64,000 nt of DNA, from NCBI RefSeq assembly GCF_009914755.1, contig NC_060940.1; one strand, 5' to 3'. This document shows, piece after piece, positions 13,416 through 26,299 of the stretch. The DNA comes from the human T2T-CHM13v2.0 reference genome, Homo sapiens. The translations under genes were made by a program, and so were the position numbers. The stretch's first letter is position 1; each line of letters begins with the position of its first letter. The notes below the pieces were generated by a model, which made no database searches, had not been told where the DNA came from, and saw only the letters and a list, made by a program, of their open reading frames with translations.

Positions 13416-13612
13416 TTTTTCTTTTTCTATTTTTTTTATTATACTTTAAGTTTTAGGTACATGTGCACAACGTGCAGGTTAGTTACATATGTATACATGT
13501 GCCATATTGGTGTGCTGCACCCATTAACTTGTCATTTAACATTAGGTATATCTCCTAATGCTATCCCTCCCCCCTCCCCCCACCCCACAACAGGCCCCGG
13601 TGTGTGATGTTC
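13416..13612 (-). mobile_element. L1PA3/PA4 3' end, 5'-truncated
   Basis: attatactttaagttttaggtacatgtgcacaacgtgcaggttagttacatatgtatac...catttaacattaggtatatctcctaatgctatccctcc...caggccccggtgtgtgatgttc. Confidence 0.95.
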
Positions 13613-14129
13613 GAGGGGGATGTTTAAGCCAGTATCAGGTACAAAATCATCATCTCAAACTTGTGCCCAATAGCCACAATTGAAAGAGGGTTGGGGTCAT
13701 GGTATAATTCATCCATTTATCCCTCCCTTCTTCCCTACATCCCTTTATCTATCCATCTATTCATTGATTTCACCCTTCCTCTCCCTCCCACTCCTGCCCT
13801 TCATCCATCCATCCAAAAGTCATATGTCAGACATTGCACTAGGCACCGTGATTTATAAGATGATAGAATTATGTCTAATCATCAAATATATCTCATCTTC
13901 CAGATCTGCCATGCTCTTCATTCCTTCATGCTTTTGCCCTCGCTACTACTAATCCTGCAATATTCCTCAATACTGGAAAAGTTCCTTCCCATTGTTAAAA
14001 TCACAGTTCAAAGGTACCATCACTTGAGATATTTCTCAAGTGTCTGAGCCTGAATTGTTTCTACTTATTTGCTTAATACTTTATGCATATGTACTCATTA
14101 GCTCTTGCTATGTTTTACGTTAGTTATTT

Positions 14130-14320
14130 AAAATAATAGCCACAACAATAAATAGATCTTATTAAACAAATACAGTGACTACTTTGCTAAGCACTTCACG
14201 TGTATTAAACATTTAATCCTCCCAACAGTTCTAAGAAGAAGTTACTATTATTATCCTTAGTTTACAGAAGAAATTGAGGGACCAAAAAGTCATTTATGTG
14301 GCACTCAGCTTGGCAGTGAG
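14130..14320 (-). mobile_element. MIR
   Basis: tgctaagcacttcac...catttaatcctcccaaca...tattatccttagtttacagaagaaattgagg. Confidence 0.7.
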
Positions 14321-14379
14321 CTCATGAAGGGACTCTGTGTACTAAGTTTAGTTAATGCTTGTCACAGAGGCACAGTATA

Positions 14380-14432
14380 TGTGTATGTGTGTGTGTGTGT
14401 GTGTATGTGTCTGTGTGTGTGTGTGTGTATGT
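14380..14432 (+). repeat. Imperfect (TG)n microsatellite
   Basis: Interrupted TG run. Confidence 0.9.
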
Positions 14433-14669
14433 ACAGTTCCCTGATTCATCATCTATATATGGATATATTAGTGAATAAAAATAAATCCAACACAAAATTC
14501 TAGGATTCCAGGTCTGTCCTCACCTTCCTAAATGACTGAACACAATTCTGAAAATTACAAAATAGCCTAATGTTATAGTGGTTCCTACTTGACCAGCTAC
14601 ATTTGTCATTCAGATGTGAATTCACTTTGGATTTTTGTGCAATTCAAGGGACTGTTGCTGGGTGCTAAA

Positions 14670-14850
14670 TATATATCAGGCACCCAGATACGCATTTTGC
14701 ATTTTACATAGATTATCTAATTTAAGAACTCGCAACACTCTGTTAGGTAAGGACAATTGCTATTTCATTTCACAGGTGCAGAAAAACTGAGGCTTAGATG
14801 TTAAGAACCTGGCCCAAGGTCACCTAGCTAGGAAACAGTGAATTTGGTGT
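14670..14850 (-). mobile_element. MIR
   Basis: cattttcacaggtgcagaaaaactgaggcttagatgttaagaacctggcccaaggtcacctagcta. Confidence 0.75.
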
Positions 14851-15126
14851 TCAGAGTTACACAGGCTTTCACCAGAGCCTTGAAGCCTCAGCACCATACT
14901 CTGCTAACAGACACATAGAGAGAGATACAGCAAGAAATGAGGTGAGGGAAAAGGCAGATGCAGAAAGCAGGAGAGGAACATTATTTCTTGAACCGTTTAA
15001 ATACTTAGACATTCTTGCCCTGACTTTAAGGCTCACTGTTTTCAATACCTATTCAAAGCACCTTGAAATGTTGAGCACTTGAATAAAATATCCCTGAGAA
15101 AAGGCTGTACTTCTGCTCAAGGACAA

Positions 15127-15129
<3 letters not shown>

Positions 15130-15173
<44 letters not shown>
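15130..15173 (+). repeat. (GT)22 microsatellite
   Basis: Perfect 44-bp GT run. Confidence 0.97.
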
Positions 15174-15175
<2 letters not shown>

Positions 15176-18004
15176 AATCTATAAGACTCCATATTAATGT
15201 TGTTTAGAGCTTTTAAGTTCAAAATAAGATTCTTAATTGCAAAGTTATGATGGCATGGTTGACTATGATGCCCTTTCCATCTCTATGGGATGTTTTCTGT
15301 TTAGGTTTGTAAATAAATCTGTCTATACCACTGGCCTTGGCATTCAAAGTATCCCTACAAATGCCGTTATTTCTTGTACTGTAATATCCTACCAAGAGTT
15401 CAGCAAAGCTTTAAGTAAGAATGACATGCACTCATTCTGCAACCACTTGCAGTTGCTTATCTGTCCCCACCACAACCTTGAAATTCCTTTTTCAAATATC
15501 ACAAATGACCCTTGGCTCACCAAAACAAATGGTCTCTTCTTAAGCATCATTTTTCCTGTAACTTGCTGAACTCTTAGATATCACTCACTCATTAGTCTCC
15601 CCATTGAAGCTCGGTACTGCCTGAGCTTCTATGTCTTAAGGTATCTTCTCATTTCACCATTTATTTACAATTTCACTATACAGCTTACAGAGGTCATCAC
15701 ATGCTCAAGGCTCAAGGGTCAACTTTTCTATTAGTTTCTCAAATAAAAAGGGTTCAAGCCCCCTTCCTGAGATATGAGAAAACAACAAATTTGATAATTA
15801 TCCTGCAGATTTTGATCGTCCATTTAAGAATCCCTATTTTAAGATCATTGGCTGCAGAGTCAATGTCCAAAACTTCATTTTGAAACAGCTGTACATAGAA
15901 AAGGAGCAAAAACCCGGTTTTTCAAAGTGGGTGCAGGATAACTTTATTTCCAATCATAAGACTCTTGCCTTGTACCTGTGATTTATCTGGCTTCTACCTG
16001 TTGAGTATGACAAACTATATTTCAACAGACACAGACTTTGGAGACTGAGAAATATGACAGACAGTAAATGAAAAATGGAAAGAAAACGTGAGTCCTCTTT
16101 CATTTATAAAAAGTCGGCATTTTTTCAGACCCTGTGTCCTGAACAAAGATAAAGAGGAGAGGATGTTTGCAACCAAAAAAAAAAAACCTTATAACTGATA
16201 TGCGATTGTACAAAAGAGTCAAACTATAATGATGTTTTGAAGAGGCTCATTCACTCTTTGGTTTTTCAAGGAATAAAAATTGTCTGAGGCAGAACACACA
16301 CACATGTGCACACACACACACAGTGCTCACAGTGTTTCACTACAACCCAGCTACCTGCTGTGATTAATTAATATGAAAACACTATTAGAGATATTGGCAC
16401 TTAACCTTAGGCTGTTCACACACATTTCCTTAATGGAGATGGCTATCAGGTTCTCACTTAGGAGTCTGGGGGTTGAGGGCAGAATGGGGAGTCAAGCCTA
16501 ACCCTGACGAGGTCATCCACTACCCATACACACAGCATGACAAGATGCTGTTCTAGGGTCCAGGACTGGATTAACTTTTATAAACTTGGCATGGCCAGAA
16601 GGATTTAAAAACTGGTATCCAACCAGAGAATCCAATATAGACTTTGGTTCTGGGGCATGGCAGTTATACAGCAAGTGATGAAGAAAGGAAACAAAACAAG
16701 GAGTTGGGAGTCTCTGGGCTGTAGGAATGAGTGAGGGCAAAGAGAGTTGGGGAAGGAAGTGAATCAAATGCATCTGTCCTGCCTATGCACAAATGAGTCC
16801 TTGAGGGTCTAAAGTTCCATGGCATTAGCTGCTGAACCAGGATGTAGGTGGGTTGGTCAGGTTTCAAAGCACAAGGTTGGCATAGCTGAGAGCCAGCAGG
16901 GAAAGACCGTTTACATATTTCTCAAAAAAAAAATCGATGAGAAAATTAAATGACATTGAAGGGACATTGGGACCATTTATCTGCTTTTTTGGAGGATAAA
17001 TGTTTTGCAAATATGCTTCCCTCTTTTTATATTTTTATGATAAAAGACATAACATTATTATGTCTTTTACATAATAACTTGATAAACTAAAAACTGCTTC
17101 TTCTTCCACCTCTACTTTGTGGATTTTTGAAATAATATTTACATTGACATGAGAGCATATTTTTCTTATCAATTGAATTGGTGGGTATGGCAACATTTAA
17201 TTTCTTGAAGAGATGTCTATCAACATAGTGGTGAAAAAAAGAAGTCATATACATTGTACCAGCATGAATATTCACTGCCTCCAACAATAACAAAATATTA
17301 TAATAATAATACTAGTACTAGCAACGATGACAGCAACAATACCCCCTACAACAATTGAGGTACAGAGAGCAGAGATTCCATGGTCAGGTAGCCCAAGACT
17401 CAAATTCCTGACACCTCCTTCTGATTCAGTAACCTTTGGTATGAATCCCTTTAAGTGACAATTTCATGCATAGAAAAGGAAGTTAATTATACATAATTCA
17501 TAGGGTTATAAACAACTCATAAGGTTGTGGGGGAAATGTATTATGAAACAAAATAAAAGGAAAGGAAGAAAAGAAAAAAACGTCCTGGGTATTTTCTAGC
17601 ACATAGTAGGTTCCTCATAAATGACTGTCTCCACATCTGTTTTCCTGATCTCGAAGCCAGTTCAGCAACTTTTGAAGTTTTCCAAAGAAGAAAAATGACA
17701 CTACAAACAGATGAATCAAAGCATGTCTGAATTATTTTCTCTCACGCAAAACAGTGTTATCTCTAGAGCCATTTGCGCTACCATTCCCCATCAACAATAG
17801 AGATGGCCTCTTTTACTCCATGGAGTTTCACTGTAGAAGTGCTGACCTAACTCTGGCCCCACACAGATCCCTCCCTTAGCCATAAAGTGAGATACTTCAA
17901 TAATTCAAAGCTGACAGCAAAAGACAATGTTTATTGAGAAAGATGGTGGTCAAAACAATTTTTGAAAAACAGACTGAGAGTGAGTACATGCACAATAATA
18001 TATA

Positions 18005-18220
18005 TGAATTCAGTTCTTATGTGAGAGGCAGTGTGCTAAGAACTACATAAATAAAATCTAGTCGAATGTTCAAAACAACCAATAAAGGCAGGGAGCTTAT
18101 GATCTCCACTTTACAGGTGGGGAAACCAAGATTTTAGTGGCCATTAAGCCAATTGCGCAAAGTCACAGAGATACCAAGTAGCTAGCTAAAATTCCACAGG
18201 CTTTCTCCAGATCCCAAGTG
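18005..18220 (-). mobile_element. MIR
   Basis: gtgtgctaagaactac...ctttacaggtggggaaaccaag...caaagtcacaga. Confidence 0.65.
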
Positions 18221-18369
18221 TGGAATCTTGATTTTATCCTTACAGAAGGAAGAAAATGCATACTATACACAGAGGGAGAGGCAGGAAGAGAGAAAAAGAG
18301 ACAGAGAGAGAGAAATTTAAAAAGAAAGGTAAACAAAGTTTATTAACAAACAATGATAGTCAATCACTG

Positions 18370-18678
18370 AATGAGATTGGAGACTATTATTCTAAGTGAT
18401 GTAACTCAGGAATGGAAAACCAAATATCCTATGTTCTCACTGATATGTGGGAGCTAAGCTATGAGGACGCAAAGGCATAGAAATGATACAATGGACTTTG
18501 GGGACTTGGGGGGAAGAGTATGAGGGGGGCGAGAGATAAAAGACTATAAATATGGTGCAGTGTATGCTTCTCGGGTGATGGGTGCACCAAAATCTCACAA
18601 ATCACCACTGAAGAACTGGCTCATATAACCAAATACCACCTGTACCCCAATAACATATGGAAAAATAAAATTAAAAAA
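18370..18678 (+). mobile_element. L1PB1-like 3' end
   Basis: attattctaagtgatgtaactcaggaatggaaaaccaaa...gggagctaagctatgaggacgcaaaggcata...gggtgcaccaaaatctcacaaatcaccact...A tail. Confidence 0.92.
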
Positions 18679-19469
18679 GGAAACACAAATAATTGAGTTG
18701 CTTACTAAAAAAATCACTTGACTTTTTTAAATGTTTTTTCTTCCTAATAACCCACTTTTGAAACACATTAGAATCTTAAGACCTTGAATAAAATATTCTG
18801 AAAAAAAGCTAAACTTCTGTCTAGAGGCAATACATTTGTACACAGGAAGAATACAATTGCTTTACATGTTTTTAAGGACTTTATTCTCAAAGGAACAGTC
18901 TTATTTCTACAGCCTGTAATTTATGCTGGCTTGGCTGGACCTTATTTTTCTCCTCACAGTCCCAGTGGTGAAATGTCATTTTCAGTTGGTGTCTATGAAT
19001 AGACCTATAGACACCACTGATCTTGGTGGATGAAACCCATGCCGTTGATGGAATTATTTTCATACTGGAATGGCCCCCAGGAATTCAACCAAATGTGGAG
19101 CAGTGATAGTTTGTTATCACTCAACAACCTTTTCAATCTGGTATGTCTTCCCTGAGTGATCTTTAAATTCTTCATCTCAAGAATCACAAGTCGTCCTCTG
19201 TCACTCGCAAACACAATTTTTTTTTCTCAGCCTTCAATTGTTGTAGGATTTTAGTTATTTTAGGCTTTTTGTTTAAACCATTTGACACCCCCACCTCTTT
19301 ACAATTGGTTGTCTAAACTTGCATAACTTGTTGACTTTATTTTACATTTTTCACAATGAAACTACTTTAACATCCAAATGTCTACATGCCCAGCTTTAAA
19401 GGGTGAATTCCCCTTTGATACCATCCACCTATCCCTTCATGTTAAAAGCCAAAGTGTGTGTGCTTTTGT

Positions 19470-19830
19470 TGAAATTGTCTCCATCTCAGCTCCAGGTCAG
19501 GCAGGAACTCAAGTTTAGAGGATCAGCCTAGTCAATATCCTTGGCCACAGTGATTGGTTCAAGAATGGGCATGTAATCCTATACAACCCCAGTGATTGGT
19601 TCAAGAATGGGCATGTAATCTTATACAATCCCAGGAATGTTTTCACATTTTAGAAGGTGAGGTGCGCTCTTTCCTTTTGAACTGAAACATGAAAAGATGT
19701 GAGCCTCCAGGTGCTAACAGCCACCCTGCTACCATGTATCTTGTGAGAATTAATCCAACTTGGAGGAAAGCAGAATTGAGAGGTGAAGGGTGGCTGCCCT
19801 GGTGATAACGAGCTCCTGGGAATATTGCCT
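19470..19830 (+). mobile_element. ERVL LTR fragment (LTR16-like) with an internal 42-bp duplication
   Basis: ttggccacagtgattggttcaagaatgggcatgt resembles the LTR16 core; bounds approximate. Confidence 0.55.
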
Positions 19831-19844
19831 CTGCATCGTATTAC

Positions 19845-20448
19845 CAGGGATGGCTTTATGGGCATGTAGTGACTGCAATCACACGTGACCCTATGGTTGA
19901 GGTTTAATGCCCTACAGCCATTGTCTTAAAATTACTAGTAAATGTATCTTCAGAATTGTATTTAGTAAGTGAAATTCAATGGGACAATGGAGTGTCAACC
20001 AGGAGCTTGGAGCTATGGCTCATGAATGGTCCTGCCTCCTGCTACTCTCCTCCCTCCCTGGGACAATTTCTCCACACCTTGGTCTCTGCTCCCAAGAGCT
20101 GTGGACTCCACGTGGCCTCCTGCTCCCTGTGCCCTATAGCTGATCTGCAATAGGTGCTTCTCTTTGCCAGGCTTGATGGCTGGCTAACATCAACAGGGGA
20201 AGACCTGTGTCATGCAGCAACTTGGGGAAGAGCTAGATGGTGACCATCTTTGTCCCACGCTGGGAGCACCAAGATGTGTTCAGCAGTTGGTCCACTAGGC
20301 AGGATCCAAGTGTGTCCTGGAGTGGAGGCTGCAATACCTTGAATTGCAGCAGTGAGCCCCATGGAAAAGAGAGATTGATTTCCCATCCTCCAAAAGGTCC
20401 CACCTCTTTGTTTTTCACTGGGCCCTGCCAATTATGACACTGGCCCTG
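19845..20448 (+). mobile_element. MER45-family (MER45B/C-like) hAT-Tip100 DNA transposon
   Basis: 5' cagggatggctttatgggcatg...ggtttaatgc...gtcttaaaatt and 3' ttttcactgggccctgccaattatg...ggccctg match MER45 ends. Confidence 0.75.
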
Positions 20449-21269
20449 CATGTTATACATGGAGTTTGCAAGTATGTGAGATAATAAACTCCTTTTTCTG
20501 CTTAAGAATCTTTGAAGGAGATTTCCTGTCAGAGGCCTAATGGACACATTGTTTTCTGCTCAGACCTGGGTCAACAGCCACGTTGCAGCCCCTGGTCTTG
20601 CTCTTTGCCTGGCTACCCTCTACACAGCTGCTGCTGGCCTCACAGATCACCTGTTGCCTCTTCTCACTGCTTCTGTGTGCTGCTGCTACTCTGCTGATTC
20701 CCCCGAGCCCATGGAGTAGACATTAGACTCTTTCTTAATCCCCTAAAGCACAGCTGAACCCATGATGTTTGAAAATGAGCCTAGCATCTAAAAAATTAAA
20801 GCAGATACTATAATAAAGGTATACTAAGTCTCAAAGCTAGACTGTGAGCCCTGGACTCTTCAGTTCACAGGCTTCTGCAGGAGGACACCTCCTTGCCATC
20901 TTTCTTCTCAGCCTCTGAGTAGAAATCCCAAGTGGATGCAACTTCCAGTTGCCCTCATACCCTCAGACCCACACTACCCTCAGAATCTATACCCACATTT
21001 CCCTGAAGCCCTTGGAAAAAGAAATTCCAGTGTCAGACCAACTTCTGAACAGTAACAAAGGAACTCATTAAAAATACTAGTACTGATTTTTATATTCGAA
21101 TCTGACTCCATCTTCACCACCATAATTTTAAAGATGTTGTAGTTAGGTCAACACAGGACTCCTCACTATGCAACATATATGTTGTTTCATGTTTGTAATG
21201 ATTTAAAAGACATTTCCATTTCTAATGATTTAATTGAATAGGAAATCATAAAACAATCTTACTTAAAAA

Positions 21270-21996
21270 TATAGATGTAAAAATTCTACCTACCACATTA
21301 ACAAAAGGAACCCAAGACTGTTATGACCACCTAGGACTTACTGAAGAATGAAACAATGGTTAAATACTAGAAATTTCAATGACTCAACAATAAAAATTAG
21401 ATGACTTTTCAGAAGATACAGAAAAAAATTAATAAAATTTAAGATCTTTTAATAAATAAACTTTAAGGAAATGAGGAACGGAAGGGAATTACCATAACCT
21501 GACAAAAGTTACCTCATAAATAGTGATGTTTTAAAAACATTTCCATTAAACTGGGGTTCAAGATGCGAATTCCCATTATTACATCTTTTATTCAACCCTT
21601 TTCTGGAGGTCTTAGCCAGTAAATTAAGGAAGGAGGAAAAGAAAGAATGAAAGAAGGAAAGAAAAATGGAGTCAAGGAGAGAGGAAGAGAGAGAAGGAAG
21701 GAGAAAGAAAGGAAAATGTAGCAATTGAAAGAAAATAATCAAAAGTGTTCACAAATAATATGGTCTTTGTTGAAAATATTAAAATATCTACAGAAAATTT
21801 ATTGGAACAAATGAGAGTGTTTATCAGTATTGTTAGGTAATAGTTCAGTGTCAAAATACACAATTTTTTAAAAAGTCAATGGTGTCTAATAGAAACAGAT
21901 TAGGAAATATGATTTTTAAATATTCACAACAGAAACTAAAATATAAAACACAATGAGATATTTATAAAAGGAAATATTGAAGAAAGTAAGACCTAA
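21270..21996 (+). mobile_element. Degenerate L1M ORF2 fragment
   Basis: RT-region-like motifs (ttattcaac...ctggaggtcttagccag, aaaatatctacagaaaatttattggaac); continues after the microsatellite to about 23000. Confidence 0.6.
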
Positions 21997-22545
21997 GTGT
22001 GTGTGTGTGTGTATATACACACATACATACGTGTGTATATACACACATACATACGTGTGTATATACACACATACATACGTGTGTATATATACATATACAT
22101 ACGTGTGTGTGTATATACATATACATACGTGTGTGTATACATATACATATACATGTATATACATGTATATATATACAGACATATATACATGTATATGTAT
22201 ATATATACACACGTATGTATATGTATATATGTATATATGTATACATGTATATATGTATATATGTATATGTGTGTATATATGTGTATATGTGTATATATAT
22301 GTGTATATGTGTATATATGTATATATATGTGTATATATGTGTATATATGTGTGTATATATGTATATATGTATATATGTATGTATATGTGTGTATATATGT
22401 ATATATGTATATATATGTGTGTATATATACGCATATATACGCATATATACGCGTATATACGCGTATATATGTATATTCGTATATATACGCGTATATTCGT
22501 ATATATACACGTATATATGTATATATACGTATGTATATGTATATA
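21997..22545. repeat. Complex (TA/TG/CA) alternating purine-pyrimidine repeat
   Basis: About 550 bp of RY alternation; 24-bp unit gtgtgtatatacacacatacatac x3 at the left end. Confidence 0.97.
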
Positions 22546-23419
22546 AAATTATATCTTTATATTTGTATAACATTTTAAGGGTGGGAAGATTTACTATGTA
22601 AAATATACCGATTTTCCTTAAATTAATCTCATGTAAGTCTTTACTTATAGTAAAATACACCCTTTACTCCATTGAATATTATTAAAATTCCGAAGTGTTT
22701 CTTTTGGAAACTAGATAACCTTTAAAGTTAATATGAATGAGTAAAGGACAGAGGAAAAAAAGGTGAGGGTCACACTAACATTAACAATATTTAAGGTGAA
22801 CTTTAATAATTATTTCAGAATGATATTGGTACAGAGATGGGAAAATAAGTCAAATCTTTTATGCACCAATATTATACAGTATTATAATTAGAATCCCAAA
22901 ACATGTGAGCAGGTAAATGAGTACTTGCTATATTTCAGAATTGGCTTTCTAATGAGTGAGTAATGGATAGGCAATTGAATTGATGGTATTGAGTGGAGGC
23001 AGGGGCGGGGGAGTGGTGAAGATTGTCATTCATATACAAAATCACATGCATTTAGATACTTGTCTCACATTAGATTCACAAAAGTAACTTCTAACAGTGC
23101 AAAATGTCAAAGACAATTAGATACCACTTATGCTCACATTAAAAACATGAGAAACAATCCTACGTCCAGTTGCAAGGACAATTTAGGTAGAAAGTATAAA
23201 ATTTAATGAAGGATTCTCATCAATTTTAGTACCAGGAAAGGAGGATGAAATGAGGGTGGGTGGGTCTTTAGCTGTATCTGTATATTTTACTTCTTTTCAA
23301 AAAAAAGAAACATGACAGAATATTAAGAGTTTAATAATCTGGTAATAGGCATAGCAATATCTGATTTCTGGTTTTTGTAATTTTCTCTATCCTATAATTT
23401 AGGGGTATGATAAGAAACA

Positions 23420-24380
23420 ATTATAATAAACTGGTCAGTTACCATGTGTTCAACAAATGACATTCACCACTTAAACAGAACAACAGAGGGACAAAAATAT
23501 GAACATTTCAATTAATGCTGAAAAAGTTTCTGTTAAAGTCAATATCCATTAACAATCAGGGAGAAACTTAAAAAGCCCAAAAAATTAGGAATACAGGTAA
23601 ACTCCTCAACTTGATAGACGGCATTAAACAAACCACAACTAACATAATATTTGATAGTAAAATATTGAATGTTTTACCCTCTACATGTAGAAACAACATA
23701 CATACATCCACTCATACCTTATCTAGTCAACATGGTTCAGGAGGCTCCAGCCAAAGAAAACAAGACAAGAAAAATAAATAAAAGACATACAATTTGAGGA
23801 AAACCAAAGATCTCAACAAATAAGCTGCTAGAGTTAAATAAGTGAATTTAGAAAAAGTCACAGGACACAAGGTCAAAAGATAAACACAAACCATTTCTAA
23901 ATATGCGGAGGCAAAAATTTGAAAATTAAACACTCCAAATTAACTGAAAAAATTTGAGTCATAGGTAAATGAAAAGAGATACCATATTCAAGGATAGGAC
24001 AACATGATATTAAAAATATAATTTCTCCCCAAATTGCTGAATATTTAATTTAATTTCATTCAAAATCTGGCAGACGTTTTATAGAAACAACAATACATTT
24101 CTAAAGTTTTATATGGAAATGCGAAGTACCTGGAATAGCCAGTGTCATATTTAAAAAGAACAAATTAGAAAAATTACTCTTTTGAATATGAAGATGACCT
24201 ATAAAACTGCAATAATTAAGACAGTGTTCTATTTCTTATTCAACCATCACAAAGAGCACACTACTGATATACTCAACAAGATAGATGATTTTTTGAAACG
24301 TTATGCTGAACAAAATAAACTAGACATAGATGAGTACATACTGCATGATTTCATTTATGTCCAAAGTAGGGAAAGAGCAG
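23420..24380 (+). mobile_element. Degenerate L1M ORF2/3' fragment
   Basis: caattaatgctgaaaaag...aaattaggaata...aagtgaatttag...tttctccccaaattg...ttatatggaaatgc...tactgcatgatttcattta. Confidence 0.65.
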
Positions 24381-24404
24381 TCTGGTAGGTCAAGAATGAG
24401 GGGG

Positions 24405-24758
24405 TCTATCTGGGCAGGCTAGGTTATGTTGTGGTGATTAACAATCCTATAATCTCAATGGTTTAAAACAAGAGTTTACTTCTTGCTCATTCTACATAAT
24501 CATTGTGAGTTAACAGAAAGGCTTTCCTTATAGCCAGGCTGATGGAGCAGATACCACTCAGAAAGAGAGTTCAGGAGGCTCTTGCACAGGCAATTAAATT
24601 TTCAAGTCTGGAAGTGTCACAAGAGATTTGCCTTTATAACCCATTGATCTTGCTCCCGGCCCCACCCAACATAAGGAGGGAGGCAGGAGGAGTAATCCTT
24701 CCATGTGCTCAGAAGGCAGAGTCAGAAGTACATGGCTAGCAATTCAATTGACTACCAC
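24405..24758 (-). mobile_element. Old MaLR LTR (MLT1I/J/K-like)
   Basis: ggctaggttatg...aatctcaatggtttaaaacaaga...tttacttcttgctca...ctggaagtgtcaca...ttgactaccac. Confidence 0.7.
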
Positions 24759-26299
24759 TGCTAGATGGATAGTAGTGGTTGAAAAACAAGTCAATAATAT
24801 AAGGAAAGGTCTTAAAACTACTAGGATGCTGTAGCCAGTGAAGAATCTATAAGAAGCAGGCTAAGGGACTTCAGTAACAGAGATCTATAATATTCAATTA
24901 CAACCTGTTGGCTTTGGTTGATTTCATATGTTACTCCTCTTCTCATCAAAATCTTCTATAGAGACAAATAATTATTTTCTTCAAGTTTTGTTTTGTAAAA
25001 AAACAAGATAAGTGATGACATTTTATGTAGCAAGGAATTTATGCTCAGAAGAGGTATAATGTCATTGCTCCAAGTCAAAGTTGCTGACAAGAATGAGCCT
25101 TCAAGGAATCTATAAAAATCACGAAGAGTCTATTGGGTGCCCTCAAGTCATGGATTGGAGTTAGATCCCAATTTATCTAACTCTTAAGGAGCAGGGTTGT
25201 CTCAGCTAATGATGGTTGTCAGGAAGAAAGGAAATAAGAGGTTTTTGAAATGGTCTCATAGAGTGCTTAGTGTGGAGGCAATGCTCAACAAATATTACTT
25301 TAAATGTAAAAACAAAAGAACGCTAGACCTGTAAGAATTATATAAGTTCTATACAAAATGATGCTGATAAAGAGTGGCAACACGACCAAGAATATGTTAT
25401 GACAACTTCAATACAGCCCTGGTGTCCATATCTGGGTCTCGTGATAATTTCACTGTTAATTTCAGGACAGTGACTTCTGTTATACTACTGTGAACTACAC
25501 CCAGGCTGCTAAGTATTTCCTGCCTATTTTCAAGGGTGACCAAAAACCAAGAGAAGATTTCTTCATAGCCTGGCAGGGTTAGGACCACATTATTTTCACA
25601 GTCAAGTGTGAAAGTTGGAACTCAAGCCTGTACAGCAGGCAGGGGCCCTGGGAGGGTTTAGCAGTTGAGAAATGCTCTGTCCACCGCGTTGGTGTCTTCT
25701 GCTCTCTTCCTGAACTCAGTAATTGGGATGACTCAATTGGGATGCTCCTTCACTCATCCCTTCATTGGGATGCTCTCAATTAGCGTGTTTACTTGTTTGT
25801 GTTTTCTTTATTGATTCACATTTTGCATCTCCCTTCTACTTCCCCAAAACAAATACTTTAATAAAGAGAGGAGGAACTATGGAGTGACTTTCCTCCTCTT
25901 CCCCACAGCTCTTCCTGACAATGTGCTGCTGACTCTGCCTCAGTATGTGCCCTTGTGCCCATACAACCTGGCTGCTTTGGTTGTCACCTCTTTATCTGTA
26001 CCCTAGAAATGCTGGGCAGCCTTCCTCTGAGTCTCCTTGTCTCCTTCCTTGTTCATTTCCAGGTGATTCTCTACACTGTCCAGAATCAAAGTGTTAAAAT
26101 TGAGTCTTGGCCTGACATGTCTGGTTTAAACATCTTCAACAGTTTCCAGTATCTGAAGGACAGGTTGTAAGCAGGGTGCACATAGAAGATGTTGATGGGA
26201 CTTCTTGCAGATTTTTTTGAATTTTTTTCATAATTTCTGCTTGAGCTTCTCTTGGCTTTTGCTACCTGCCACCTCTTCATCTGCTGGCACAAGGAGCAC

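Noticed and set aside
18361-18720. Possible short 3' transduction on the L1PB1 (aatcact on both sides)
   Set aside because: Only a 7-bp match in AT-rich DNA, too weak to call a TSD.
21916-22660. Six overlapping 65-232 aa ORFs (Y/I/H/T- or V/C/M-rich)
   Set aside because: Translations of the RY microsatellite, which cannot encode stop codons; open on both strands.
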